The position numbers and the translations under genes were made by a program. A stretch of DNA of 62,011 bases, counting the filler, from a bacterium (GTDB lineage: Bacteria > JALSQH01): the NCBI GenBank assembly GCA_026985515.1. It is 3 parts of 3 records of this genome, joined end to end, with 100 filler letters (N's around TTAATTAATTAA, not from the genome) between each part and the next. Parts side by side here need not be neighbours in the genome. Positions count along the whole stretch, not along the records: positions 27,309 to 54,434 come from JALSQH010000222.1; 2 more parts are not named here. One strand, 5' to 3'. The notes below the pieces were generated by a model, which had not been told where the DNA came from, did no database searches, and saw only the letters and a list, made by a program, of their open reading frames with translations. This document shows, piece by piece, positions 29,476-38,210 of the stretch (positions within the stretch are counted from its first letter, which is position 1; every line of letters begins with the position of its first letter).

Positions 29476-32400
29476 CTACCACTCAATTTTCACAGGGATG
29501 GGTATGAACTCATCAGGCTGATTGAGAAATCCCGTTTCTGTGTCTGCACCACCCCAGCAGTAGAGTTTACCCTGATCAGTAACGGCACAGGTGTGTCTTT
29601 TTGAAGCAAAGACCCTGACAATATCAGGATCTTCCGGAACTGGCACTTTTGTGGGTATGGCTGCACCACCTGCCAGTCCTGTACCTAACTGACCATCGTA
29701 ATTTATGCCCCAGCAATAAAGTTTATGATCATCTGCGATGGCGCATGTGTGAAGATTCCCGGTGGCAAGGGGGAAATATTCAATTTCACCAAATTTATTT
29801 TTTAAAAATGTCATAGTAGTGTTGACGGGTATGGGAGAGTAGTAAATTTGGTTAGCTGTTGCTCCCTGACCAAATACATTGGCAATATCTTTTCCCCAGC
29901 AGTACATCTTTCCCTGATCGTCAATGGCGCATGTAAACACCTCAGCAGGAGCAACCCAGTACCACCCTCTACCAGCTGGATGTGTTACCTCCACTGGAGT
30001 GGTAATGTCATCGGGATAATTACCCTGAGGGAACATGGCACCTGTTCCAGTCTGGCCCGATGTATTCCATCCCCAGCAGAACAACCGATGTGAATTTGTG
30101 ATGGCACATGTGTGGTACTGTCCGTTAAAGACATACGCTGGTGTTTCTACGGTTCCATTTTTTGTTTTTATAGTCACCGGATATGGGTAATAGTGTGGAT
30201 TTTTTGTCCCATCTCCTATCTGATAGTGGCCATTATCACCCATACAGTAAAGTTTCTGTTCGGGCTTTGTTGATATAAAACAGGTATGAGCGTAGCCTGT
30301 GGAGACCATGGAAACATTATCAGTTACAGGAGTCGGGTTGGAAATATTATTACCATGTGTCCCAATACCAATTTCTCCAAAAGTGTTTCTGCCCCAGCAG
30401 TAGAGAGTCCCTGATTTGTCTATTCCACACACTGTTGCATCATTCCATCCAATGGAAGGGAATAAAAATTCATCCATAACTTTAACCTTATGAAAGGTGC
30501 TTATGATGTTATCCATTCCCAGCTGATGGAATATGTTACTTCCCCAGCAGAAAACACCATCGTCGCTTATTCCACATGTGAAGGCAGAATTTCCATTATC
30601 AAAGGCTTCCCCTGCGATTGCAAAGTACCATTCTGAATCCTGTCCTGTGGGTGAGATTTCCACAGGAGTGAACTTTTTCCCTGTGGTAAGGGCATTTGTT
30701 TCTCCATACGGGTTGTTGCCCCAGCAGTAGAGATCATAATTCTCTGTAACTGCACACATCCCCCTTGCTCCTGCCCCTGTGGAGAGATCGATAACTTCAG
30801 CATCGGATAATGTTTGCAGCGGCAGGGGCGTTGAGGAATTGTTACTGATTCCTGTACCCAGCTCTCCATTCGTATTGTCACCCCAGCAGAATACCTGGCC
30901 CATTTCATCTATGGCACAGGTGCTTAGATATGCCGCAGAAACCTTTACCCATTTCAAGCCGTAGGGATGTACAACCTCCTGTGGAATATTGGTGTGATAA
31001 ATTGATACACCACTTCCCAGCTGTCCATAATACCCGTATCCCCAGCACCACAGATTTCCATTTTCATCTATTCCACATCCATGGTATCCTCCGGCTGCGA
31101 CATCTGTCCAGCCCGCTCCGTCGGGATTGTCAACAATAATCGGTACAGATGAATTGGTCCCAATGGTGGAATTATTTCCCAGTTGCCCATGATCGTTGTT
31201 ACCCCAGCAGTACAGTTTATTTTCATGTATTCCACAGGCGAACCAGCCACCGGGTGAGATTATATTCCATCCACTATCTTGTGGAGATGGGGTTATTAAA
31301 TGCACTGGCGTATCTACATAATCGTGGTAATCAGGATCACCTGTGGTGACTCCATTACCAAATTCTCCATTACCCAGTTGACCATATTTATTTAAACCCC
31401 AGCAGTAAACTGCCCCCTGACTCCTTATCCCGCAGTTGTAATCCAGACCTGAATAAATCTGGTAGAACCTTAATCCCGTATCGTGAGGTGTGGAGAACAC
31501 AGAAGAGGTGTTTTCCCTGACATCAACTTTTTTATTTTTATTTATACCCCAGCACCATGTTTCATAATTTTCATCCACTGCACATGCATGATCGCCCCCT
31601 GCACTCAGATCAATCCATTTCCTGCCGGCAGGGTTTTTAACCCTGTATGGTGGAATGACAAATCTCTGACCATCTACCCCGTTTCCTATCTGTCTCTCAA
31701 AATTTCTTCCCCAGCACCATATATCACCTTGTGTTTTATAACCCATCTGTGGTTTTGAAACTGCATCAAAGGCACAGGTGAATAGAGTTCCCTTTACCAC
31801 TTTTGTGAATATATGTTTTTTCGTTGTGAAAGTGTAGGTGGCACTTTCAACCGTAAAGGTTGTATCTGATGCCATCACTTTCCACTTATATTTTTTATCA
31901 GCTGATAAATCTCTGAGAGTAAATGAAATGGTGGAATCTGAGGATGAAAATGTTGTTACTGGAGAGAAAAACTCTTCATTCTCTCCTGTAACATACAGAG
32001 AGTAGGTTATTTTATCCCCATTTATGTCACTGGAAGTCCGCCACTGAAAGGTTACATCATAGTAAACATCCTTCTCTCCATTTGCCGGTGAAATGAGGTC
32101 GGGTTTTGATGGTGGAAAGTTAATTGTAAATGCTCTTGTTTCACTCGTTACATTTCCTCCCCTCCCATCTTCGCAGATGACCTTCCAGTAGAAATTTCCA
32201 CTGTATGGAGTAATATCTGTAAGAGTGTAAGAGTATTCCACAAATGAACCTATCAGACGCATATTGTTCTGGTCTGTACCGAGGAAGAGATCACAGGTTA
32301 CAGTATCACCGTCACTATCAGCAACATTCCATTTGAATTTAACCGGTAGTGTCAGATCCTGTGAATTATCTGCAGGGGAGATTAGTTGCAGATTTTCCGG

Positions 32401-32787
32401 TGGGTGGTTAACTGTAAATACTGAAATATCACTTTCTGTGAGAGCCTTTCCATCATCTGCCACGATCTTCCAGAAGTATGTAACTTTCCCGTTAAGGTTT
32501 GAGAGGGTGTATGTTGTTGATGTGGAAGTTGCCACCTCAGAGAAATTCCTGCTCCCCTCAGCAAGGTAGATGTGGTAGGTGATGGGATCTCCATCCTGGT
32601 CAGTGGATTTTTCCCATTTCAGAACTACAGGTTCGTTGATGTTGAGACTCCCATTTTCTGGAGAAAGTAGAAGAGGTGCAGAAGGTGGATTGTTAGTTTT
32701 TGGTGTGGTTTTACCCTTTTCATTTTGTTTGTGACCACAACTCAGGGTGAAAAAAACGAGGAAAAGAAAGACAAAAAATCTCTTCAT
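29476..32787 (-). CDS. Surface lipoprotein with 3 FN3-like repeats and 14 RCC1/BLIP-II repeats
   Basis: Start ATG 32787 (SD GGAGG), lipobox TLS-C, three N.PP..L.SP...D.DGD...Y.WK repeats, and 14 C(W/M)G-anchored repeats counted, most of the CWG.N..GQLG type. Confidence 0.88.
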   Translation of the reverse strand: MKRFFVFLFLVFFTLSCGHKQNEKGKTTPKTNNPPSAPLLLSPENGSLNINEPVVLKWEKSTDQDGDPITYHIYLAEGSRNFSEVATSTSTTYTLSNLNGKVTYFWKIVADDGKALTESDISVFTVNHPPENLQLISPADNSQDLTLPVKFKWNVADSDGDTVTCDLFLGTDQNNMRLIGSFVEYSYTLTDITPYSGNFYWKVICEDGRGGNVTSETRAFTINFPPSKPDLISPANGEKDVYYDVTFQWRTSSDINGDKITYSLYVTGENEEFFSPVTTFSSSDSTISFTLRDLSADKKYKWKVMASDTTFTVESATYTFTTKKHIFTKVVKGTLFTCAFDAVSKPQMGYKTQGDIWCWGRNFERQIGNGVDGQRFVIPPYRVKNPAGRKWIDLSAGGDHACAVDENYETWCWGINKNKKVDVRENTSSVFSTPHDTGLRFYQIYSGLDYNCGIRSQGAVYCWGLNKYGQLGNGEFGNGVTTGDPDYHDYVDTPVHLITPSPQDSGWNIISPGGWFACGIHENKLYCWGNNDHGQLGNNSTIGTNSSVPIIVDNPDGAGWTDVAAGGYHGCGIDENGNLWCWGYGYYGQLGSGVSIYHTNIPQEVVHPYGLKWVKVSAAYLSTCAIDEMGQVFCWGDNTNGELGTGISNNSSTPLPLQTLSDAEVIDLSTGAGARGMCAVTENYDLYCWGNNPYGETNALTTGKKFTPVEISPTGQDSEWYFAIAGEAFDNGNSAFTCGISDDGVFCWGSNIFHQLGMDNIISTFHKVKVMDEFLFPSIGWNDATVCGIDKSGTLYCWGRNTFGEIGIGTHGNNISNPTPVTDNVSMVSTGYAHTCFISTKPEQKLYCMGDNGHYQIGDGTKNPHYYPYPVTIKTKNGTVETPAYVFNGQYHTCAITNSHRLFCWGWNTSGQTGTGAMFPQGNYPDDITTPVEVTHPAGRGWYWVAPAEVFTCAIDDQGKMYCWGKDIANVFGQGATANQIYYSPIPVNTTMTFLKNKFGEIEYFPLATGNLHTCAIADDHKLYCWGINYDGQLGTGLAGGAAIPTKVPVPEDPDIVRVFASKRHTCAVTDQGKLYCWGGADTETGFLNQPDEFIPIPVKIEW

Positions 32788-32876
32788 AGCCCCCTCCTGC
32801 AAAGATCTGGTTTTAAATATAAAATTTTCAAACTTTGTTTTTGAATTAACTTCTCCTCCCTAGAGAAGTTACTTTG

Positions 32877-32905
32877 ATTCTACAGCAATAATTTTTTTTA
32901 CGCAA
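32877..32905 (-). promoter_or_regulatory. Sigma70-type promoter for the RCC1 lipoprotein
   Basis: Minus strand TTGCGT, 17-nt spacer containing A8, TAGAAT. Confidence 0.55.
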
Positions 32906-32908
32906 GTT

Positions 32909-33343
32909 TTATTCTGAAAATTTCAAGTCATTCACCACCCTGCACACTTCTTCAGGTTCGGGAGAACCAATTCTGTATCTTTTCCCATTTTTAAGGGTTA
33001 CTTCCACCACTTTTAGTCCACTCACATTGAATAGCCATCCCCCTGGAATTTTTTTTATTCCCCATCCATGGAAAATGGAGTTCTTCTCAGGTTTGCAGTG
33101 TGTGATTTCTTTCAGGGGGATTTTCTTCTTCATTATTCCGGGACCAAAGTAAAAAATCAGGTGGGTCTCTGTAATTACAATGGTGAGACTGGAAAAGAGT
33201 ATCGCTACCACCACCAGCAATATCAGTATCGTGTATCTGGTGGTCGCGTCTGGTAGATTGAGAAAGAGAAAGGTGAGAAATGCAATTATAAATGTTACAA
33301 TAGTGAGGGTTCCAATCTGTGTCCTTCGATAGAGCTCACTCAT
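32909..33343 (-). CDS. Small membrane protein with 2 TM and a PH-like cytoplasmic domain
   Basis: True start likely ATG 33343 (MSELYRRTQ). Two TM, then FGPG..KKKIPL..I...GWGI...W.FNVSG...IGS.EPE. Confidence 0.7.
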   Translation of the reverse strand: MSELYRRTQIGTLTIVTFIIAFLTFLFLNLPDATTRYTILILLVVVAILFSSLTIVITETHLIFYFGPGIMKKKIPLKEITHCKPEKNSIFHGWGIKKIPGGWLFNVSGLKVVEVTLKNGKRYRIGSPEPEEVCRVVNDLKFSE

Positions 33344-33350
33344 AACGCAA

Positions 33351-33379
33351 GTATTATACACCTTTTGTGGTATAATACA
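33351..33379. promoter_or_regulatory. Symmetric bidirectional promoter (GTATTATAC-N10-GTATAATAC)
   Basis: Perfect 9-bp inverted repeat giving TATAAT on each strand, 7 and 9 nt before the two divergent ATGs. Confidence 0.6.
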
Positions 33380-33383
33380 AAGT

Positions 33384-34770
33384 ATGAAGAAAGAGATTGT
33401 GTATGGATCAGAGTGGCTTGAGGTGGAACTACCTGATGATACGGTGGATCTTCCCGCCGGTGTAAATGCCACCATTCCGATTCCTCCAGTTGATACTTTG
33501 CAGGCTGTGAGAGAAGCTCTGGATAATCCAGCTGGAATGCCTCCTCTGGAGGAACTTGCAAAGAGAGCAGGAAGGGTGGTTATTGCCTTTGATGATCCCA
33601 CCGTGGCTTCATATGCAGGGGTCTGGGAAATTGCCATAAGGGAAGTGGTTGAAAGGCTTACCTCTGCAGGGGTGAAGTTAGATAACATTTTTTCTCCTTG
33701 GTGCCAATGGGCTGCACAGAAAGTTTACCCACGAGGAAACTGCGGCAATTATCGGTGAAGAACTGGTACAGGAGTTCAGTGACAGATTGTTTTACCATGA
33801 TGCAGAGGATAGAGAAAATCTGGTTTACCTTGGTAAGACTCCCTCGGGTTATGAGGTTGAACTTAATAAGTTTGCAATAGAGAGTGATTTACTCATCTAT
33901 GTGAATACCTTTTCCTCAGGTTTCAGCGGCGGGTGGAAATCAATAAATGTTGGACTTGCATCATGGAGGTCAATACGACATCATCACAAACCGGATATTA
34001 TGAGCATGACCCTTGGAAGAAATTTACTCCATGAAATTCTCAACGAAATGGGGGCTCTTGTAAAGGAAAAAGTTGGCAGTAACAAAATTTTTAAGATTGA
34101 AACCCTTCTCTCCAATCCCTTTCAGGTGGGGAAAATATGGGCTGGTGATATTGACACGGTGAGAAATGAAGCACTCTCTCTTATGAGAAAACACCAGAAA
34201 TTAAGAAGGGAAATTGTGAACAGGAAGTTTGACATAATCTGTTATGGGGTACCTGCATGGAGCCCCTATGCTGCTTTTACCAGCATGAATCCTTTCCTCG
34301 CTGTCATTTCAACGGGACTTGGATATATGGGTGGTATGGTCAATGTGGTGGCAAAGGAGAGCAGTACCGTTATACTTGCATACCCTGTTGAAGACAGGTG
34401 GGATGATTTTCACTTTCCCAATTATCGTGAGGTATGGGAAAAAATTTTACCCGAAACAAAGGATCCCTACTATATCCTGGAGCATTATGTTGAGTATTAT
34501 CTGAAAAGGGATGACCTGATTCACAGATACAGGTTTGAATTTGCATTTCATCCCCTTCATGTGATTCTTGGTACTTTTCCTCTGAAGAAATTGAAGCAGA
34601 TAGGCGAGCTTATTGTGGCTGCACCTGTGGATGGATCAGTTCTTGATAGAGCTGGTTTTTCATGGGTTGAAAGTGTGGAGGAAGCCATTGAATATGCAAT
34701 GAGGAAACATGGGAGAAATACTACAGTGGCCTGTATAAACAATCCTGCTGCTTTCAGCAGAACTTTTTAG
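33384..34770 (+). pseudogene. LarA/DUF2088 nickel-pincer isomerase family gene split by a +1 frameshift (or a sequencing error)
   Basis: IAFDDPT lies in ORF1. Removing one T from the T6 run at 33688-33693 restores IFLLGANGLHRK...HDAED...GFSGGWKS as one 461-aa ORF. Confidence 0.8.
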
Positions 34771-34772
34771 TG

Positions 34773-35507
34773 TTATCTTCCCTCAACATCAAGGAGGTGA
34801 GTGAATTTTTTCAGAATAAAGATAGCTGTGTATTGCAGGAGTCCCAGTAAGAAGACTATTTCCCAGAAAAGTGAAAGGTAAAATTTACCCTCTGTTATAA
34901 ATCCCTTTATGATTTCAAAGAAGGTGAATGCTGATATGATGCCAAAAAGAGATGTGTGTTCTCTTTTCAGCATGGTTTTAAATGAAAATGGAAGATCGGG
35001 AGGTACAAATTTCTTCAGATCAGGAATAAAAGCCGAGGTTTTTTCCGCCCATTCTTCAAATGTTTTCCCGAACTTTCTTCTCAAGAACTCTTCTTCCGCA
35101 TACATGATCCTCTCATAGTAAATCCAGAAAAGGAGAATGCCGATAACTACAAACCACCACACCCTGAAAAAGGAGAATGCCCCCACCCATATTATAAAAT
35201 TTCCAAGATAGAGTGGATGCCTGACTATTGAATAGATACCTGTTGTGTTCAGTCTTTCTGCAACCTGTCTGTGAGTTACCCTTCCAGAAGTTCCCCTGGG
35301 TACAAATGAAACGGTGAGAATTCTTATCATTTCTCCTGTGAGGGAGAATATAAAAGTCCCTATTTCCCACAGTGAATCATTGACATGAGAGAAGTGGGAA
35401 TATTCTTCAATTGCTGGTACGAGAAAAATTACTATGATCAGTGGGATGTAACTTCTCCACCTGAATAACAGATTGCCTTGTCTTTCCCATTCTTCTCTTA
35501 AAGCCAA
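34773..35507 (-). CDS. lmtA: LmtA-like lipid A phosphate methyltransferase (ICMT/PEMT family)
   Basis: TTG start; ALREEWERQGNLLFRWRSY, GTSGR, GIYSIVRHPLYLGN, YYERIMYAEEEFL. Confidence 0.75.
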   Translation of the reverse strand: MALREEWERQGNLLFRWRSYIPLIIVIFLVPAIEEYSHFSHVNDSLWEIGTFIFSLTGEMIRILTVSFVPRGTSGRVTHRQVAERLNTTGIYSIVRHPLYLGNFIIWVGAFSFFRVWWFVVIGILLFWIYYERIMYAEEEFLRRKFGKTFEEWAEKTSAFIPDLKKFVPPDLPFSFKTMLKREHTSLFGIISAFTFFEIIKGFITEGKFYLSLFWEIVFLLGLLQYTAIFILKKFTHLLDVEGR

Positions 35508-35575
35508 GTTTCCCCCTTGCAACTCCAGAATTGTAATGGTATTATAACAAAAACAGATGAGATGCCAAACTCTGA

Positions 35576-36682
35576 ATGGAAAGTTTTGAATATTCTGGTA
35601 GGAATTCTCTTTTCGTTGATCTTAACGCTATTTATGAGAACCTCAGATATCTGAAAGAAGTTTCCCGCAGGCAGATTATTCCTGTAATCAAGGCAGATGG
35701 TTACGGTCTTGGTGCCGTAGCCATTGCGAGATATCTTGAAGGTAAAGGTATAAGATATTTTGCCGTGGCAACTTATGAAGAGGCGATGGAACTGAGGGAC
35801 TCAGGGATAAAGGGGAAAATACTCATTTTAAGTGGTTCACCGGATGATCCATATGAAAAGATGCAGAGCCTTGATTTTGTCCCGGTTGTGTATTCCAAAG
35901 ATCAGCTGGTTTCAATAAAGAAAAATCTTAAGAATCCCATTGCCGTACATATTAAATTTAACACCGGAATGAACAGGCTTGGTTTTGATGAAGAGGAGTT
36001 TAAAGGTTTATTTTCCGAAATGGATGGGGTTGAAATTGAGGGTGTATTGACACACTTTTCAAAGGCAGACACGAGTAAAAGTTATACGGAGTGGCAGATT
36101 TCAAGATTTAAAAAAATCCTTAAAATGTTTAAGATGGAAAATGTAAAGGTCATCCACTCTGCAAATTCTGCTGGTATATTGAGGGGTTTTTCTTTTGGAA
36201 ATGCGGTGAGACCAGGAATCTTCCTTTATGGGGCCCTTCCCAATCCCGATTTTCCGAGGCCCCTGAAGCAGAGGATACCCTACAGATTTCTATGTAAAAT
36301 TCTTGAGATCAGAAAGTTAAAAAAGGGTGACAGGGTAAGCTATGGTGGCACATATATTGCCGGAAGTGATATGAAAATAGCTATCGTTGGATGTGGATAT
36401 GCAGACGGGATTCCCCGCCTGTTGTCAAACAGGGGGTCTTTTCTTTTCGAGGGCAGAAGGCTTCCCATAACCGGAAGGGTTTGCATGGATATGACTATCA
36501 TAGATGTGACATCTGTGCCATCCCTCAGAAGAGGAGACTCTGTGGTATATCTGGGTGAAAGTGGAAAAGAGGTTATATATGCAGATGATGTGGCAAAAAA
36601 GGTGAAGACCATTGGTTATGAAATACTTACCTCAATTTCGTCGAGGGTAAAAAGAAAGTATAGAGGTGATGGAACTGATTGA
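35576..36682 (+). CDS. alr: Alanine racemase
   Basis: VIKADGYG (PLP Lys), HIKFNTGMNRLG, GYADG, GRVCMD. Confidence 0.95.
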   Translation: MESFEYSGRNSLFVDLNAIYENLRYLKEVSRRQIIPVIKADGYGLGAVAIARYLEGKGIRYFAVATYEEAMELRDSGIKGKILILSGSPDDPYEKMQSLDFVPVVYSKDQLVSIKKNLKNPIAVHIKFNTGMNRLGFDEEEFKGLFSEMDGVEIEGVLTHFSKADTSKSYTEWQISRFKKILKMFKMENVKVIHSANSAGILRGFSFGNAVRPGIFLYGALPNPDFPRPLKQRIPYRFLCKILEIRKLKKGDRVSYGGTYIAGSDMKIAIVGCGYADGIPRLLSNRGSFLFEGRRLPITGRVCMDMTIIDVTSVPSLRRGDSVVYLGESGKEVIYADDVAKKVKTIGYEILTSISSRVKRKYRGDGTD

Positions 36683-37436
36683 GAAAATAGGATTCTACTT
36701 TTATGACCTGATGAGTATCGTGGGGGAATTTGTAATTTTCCAGTGGGAAACAGTAAAGGCCTTTTTCAGGCCGCCGTTCAGATGGAGGGAATTACTTTTT
36801 CAGCTTGAATTTATTGGTGTTAAATCGTGGGGAATTGTCTCCCTTACCGGACTTTTTGCTGGCATGGTAATTGCCCTTGAAACCTCGTATGCTCTGAGTC
36901 TTTTCAGTGCGGAGTATTTGATTGGTCCAACAACCATGCTTGCCCTTTTCAGAGAACTTGGGCCTGTCCTGACTGCTCTTATGATAACAGGGAGAGCTGG
37001 ATCTGCAATGGCAACAGAGCTGGGTAGCATGAAAGTGACTGAACAGATAGATGCTCTCTATGTCATGGCTGTTGATCCCATTCAGTATCTTGTTGTTCCC
37101 AGAATCCTTGCCACGATTATTATGATGCCCCTGCTGACTTTTCTCTTTGTGTTTCTTGGAGGTGTTGGAGCATTCTTCGTGAGTACATATTCAGGAGCAG
37201 TTACACCTCACACTTTCTTCTCGCAGATTATTACCAAGGTTCATAATCATGATCTTTACGGGGGACTTTTGAAAACCATGTTTTTCGGGTTCATAATTGC
37301 CACCATTAGTACATACACAGGTATGAAAACAAGGGGTGGTGCAAGGGGGGTGGGAAAGTCATCCACAACGGCTGTTGTACTTTCTTCCATTGCGGTGATG
37401 GTTGTAGATTATATTTTGACGCCATTTATATTTTAG
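36666..37436 (+). CDS. mlaE: MlaE-family ABC permease
   Basis: RELGPVLTALMITGRAGSAMATELGSMKVTEQIDAL. Confidence 0.93.
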   Translation: MMELIEKIGFYFYDLMSIVGEFVIFQWETVKAFFRPPFRWRELLFQLEFIGVKSWGIVSLTGLFAGMVIALETSYALSLFSAEYLIGPTTMLALFRELGPVLTALMITGRAGSAMATELGSMKVTEQIDALYVMAVDPIQYLVVPRILATIIMMPLLTFLFVFLGGVGAFFVSTYSGAVTPHTFFSQIITKVHNHDLYGGLLKTMFFGFIIATISTYTGMKTRGGARGVGKSSTTAVVLSSIAVMVVDYILTPFIF

Positions 37437-37438
37437 GT

Positions 37439-38200
37439 GTGCATATGAGACCAATCATTAAGCTTAGAGGAGTTGTTAAAAAGTTCGGGAATCTGACCGT
37501 TCTGAAGGGAATTGATCTCGATATATATGAGGGGAAAATAACAACAATAATGGGTTTAAGCGGGTCAGGAAAAAGTGTGACCATGAAGTTAATACTTGGT
37601 TTGCTTGAACCTGATGAAGGGGAAATATATTACTACGACAGGAAAATATCTCGTATTCCTTTCTCTGAAAGAAAGGAGATTTTAAAGAAGTTTGGTGTTG
37701 TCTTCCAGAATTCTGCACTTTTTGACTCCCTTACACTTTTTGAAAATGTTGCCTTTCCATTGAGGGAACATTACAATCTGACTGAAGAGGAAATTGAAAG
37801 AAGGGTAACTCATGTCCTTGAACTTGTGGGTTTAAAGGGTGCTGAGGAAAAATACCCCTCAGAGCTGAGTGGGGGGATGAGAAAAAGGGGTGGGCTGGCG
37901 AGGGCCCTTGTTACTGAACCGGAGGTAATGCTTTACGATGAACCAACCACTGGTCTTGATCCTGTTACGGGAAGGGTTATTGAGGATTTGATAGTTGATC
38001 TTTATATGAAGTATGGTCATACGGCTCTCACAATCAATCACGATGTTCAAAGTACAATGAGGATGTCAGATTACATAGCCTTTCTTTATGATGGAAGAAT
38101 CGAATTCTTTGGAACTCCCGAGGAAGCTTTTAAAAGTAAAAGTATTTACCTAAAACAATTTCTGGAGGGGAGAGCGGAGGGACCAATTAAAGTGGTATAG
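37439..38200 (+). CDS. mlaF: MlaF-family ABC ATPase
   Basis: GLSGSGKS, FQNSALFDSL, LSGGMRKR, YDEPTTGLDP. Confidence 0.93.
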   Translation: MHMRPIIKLRGVVKKFGNLTVLKGIDLDIYEGKITTIMGLSGSGKSVTMKLILGLLEPDEGEIYYYDRKISRIPFSERKEILKKFGVVFQNSALFDSLTLFENVAFPLREHYNLTEEEIERRVTHVLELVGLKGAEEKYPSELSGGMRKRGGLARALVTEPEVMLYDEPTTGLDPVTGRVIEDLIVDLYMKYGHTALTINHDVQSTMRMSDYIAFLYDGRIEFFGTPEEAFKSKSIYLKQFLEGRAEGPIKVV

Positions 38201-38210
38201 GAGGTGAGGT

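Noticed and set aside
29297-29521. 74-aa plus-strand ORF in the MoxR upstream region
   Set aside because: It starts inside the palindromes and crosses a terminator and the RCC1 gene end. No family features.
29476-31740. Recurring CCCCAGCA nucleotide repeats as CRISPR or DGR repeats
   Set aside because: They are the Cys-Trp-Gly codons of RCC1 repeats. There are no identical long repeats and no cas or reverse transcriptase gene.
33344-33688. N-terminal 115 aa of track ORF 32909..33688
   Set aside because: Antisense shadow of the LarA-family gene. The real start is ATG 33343.
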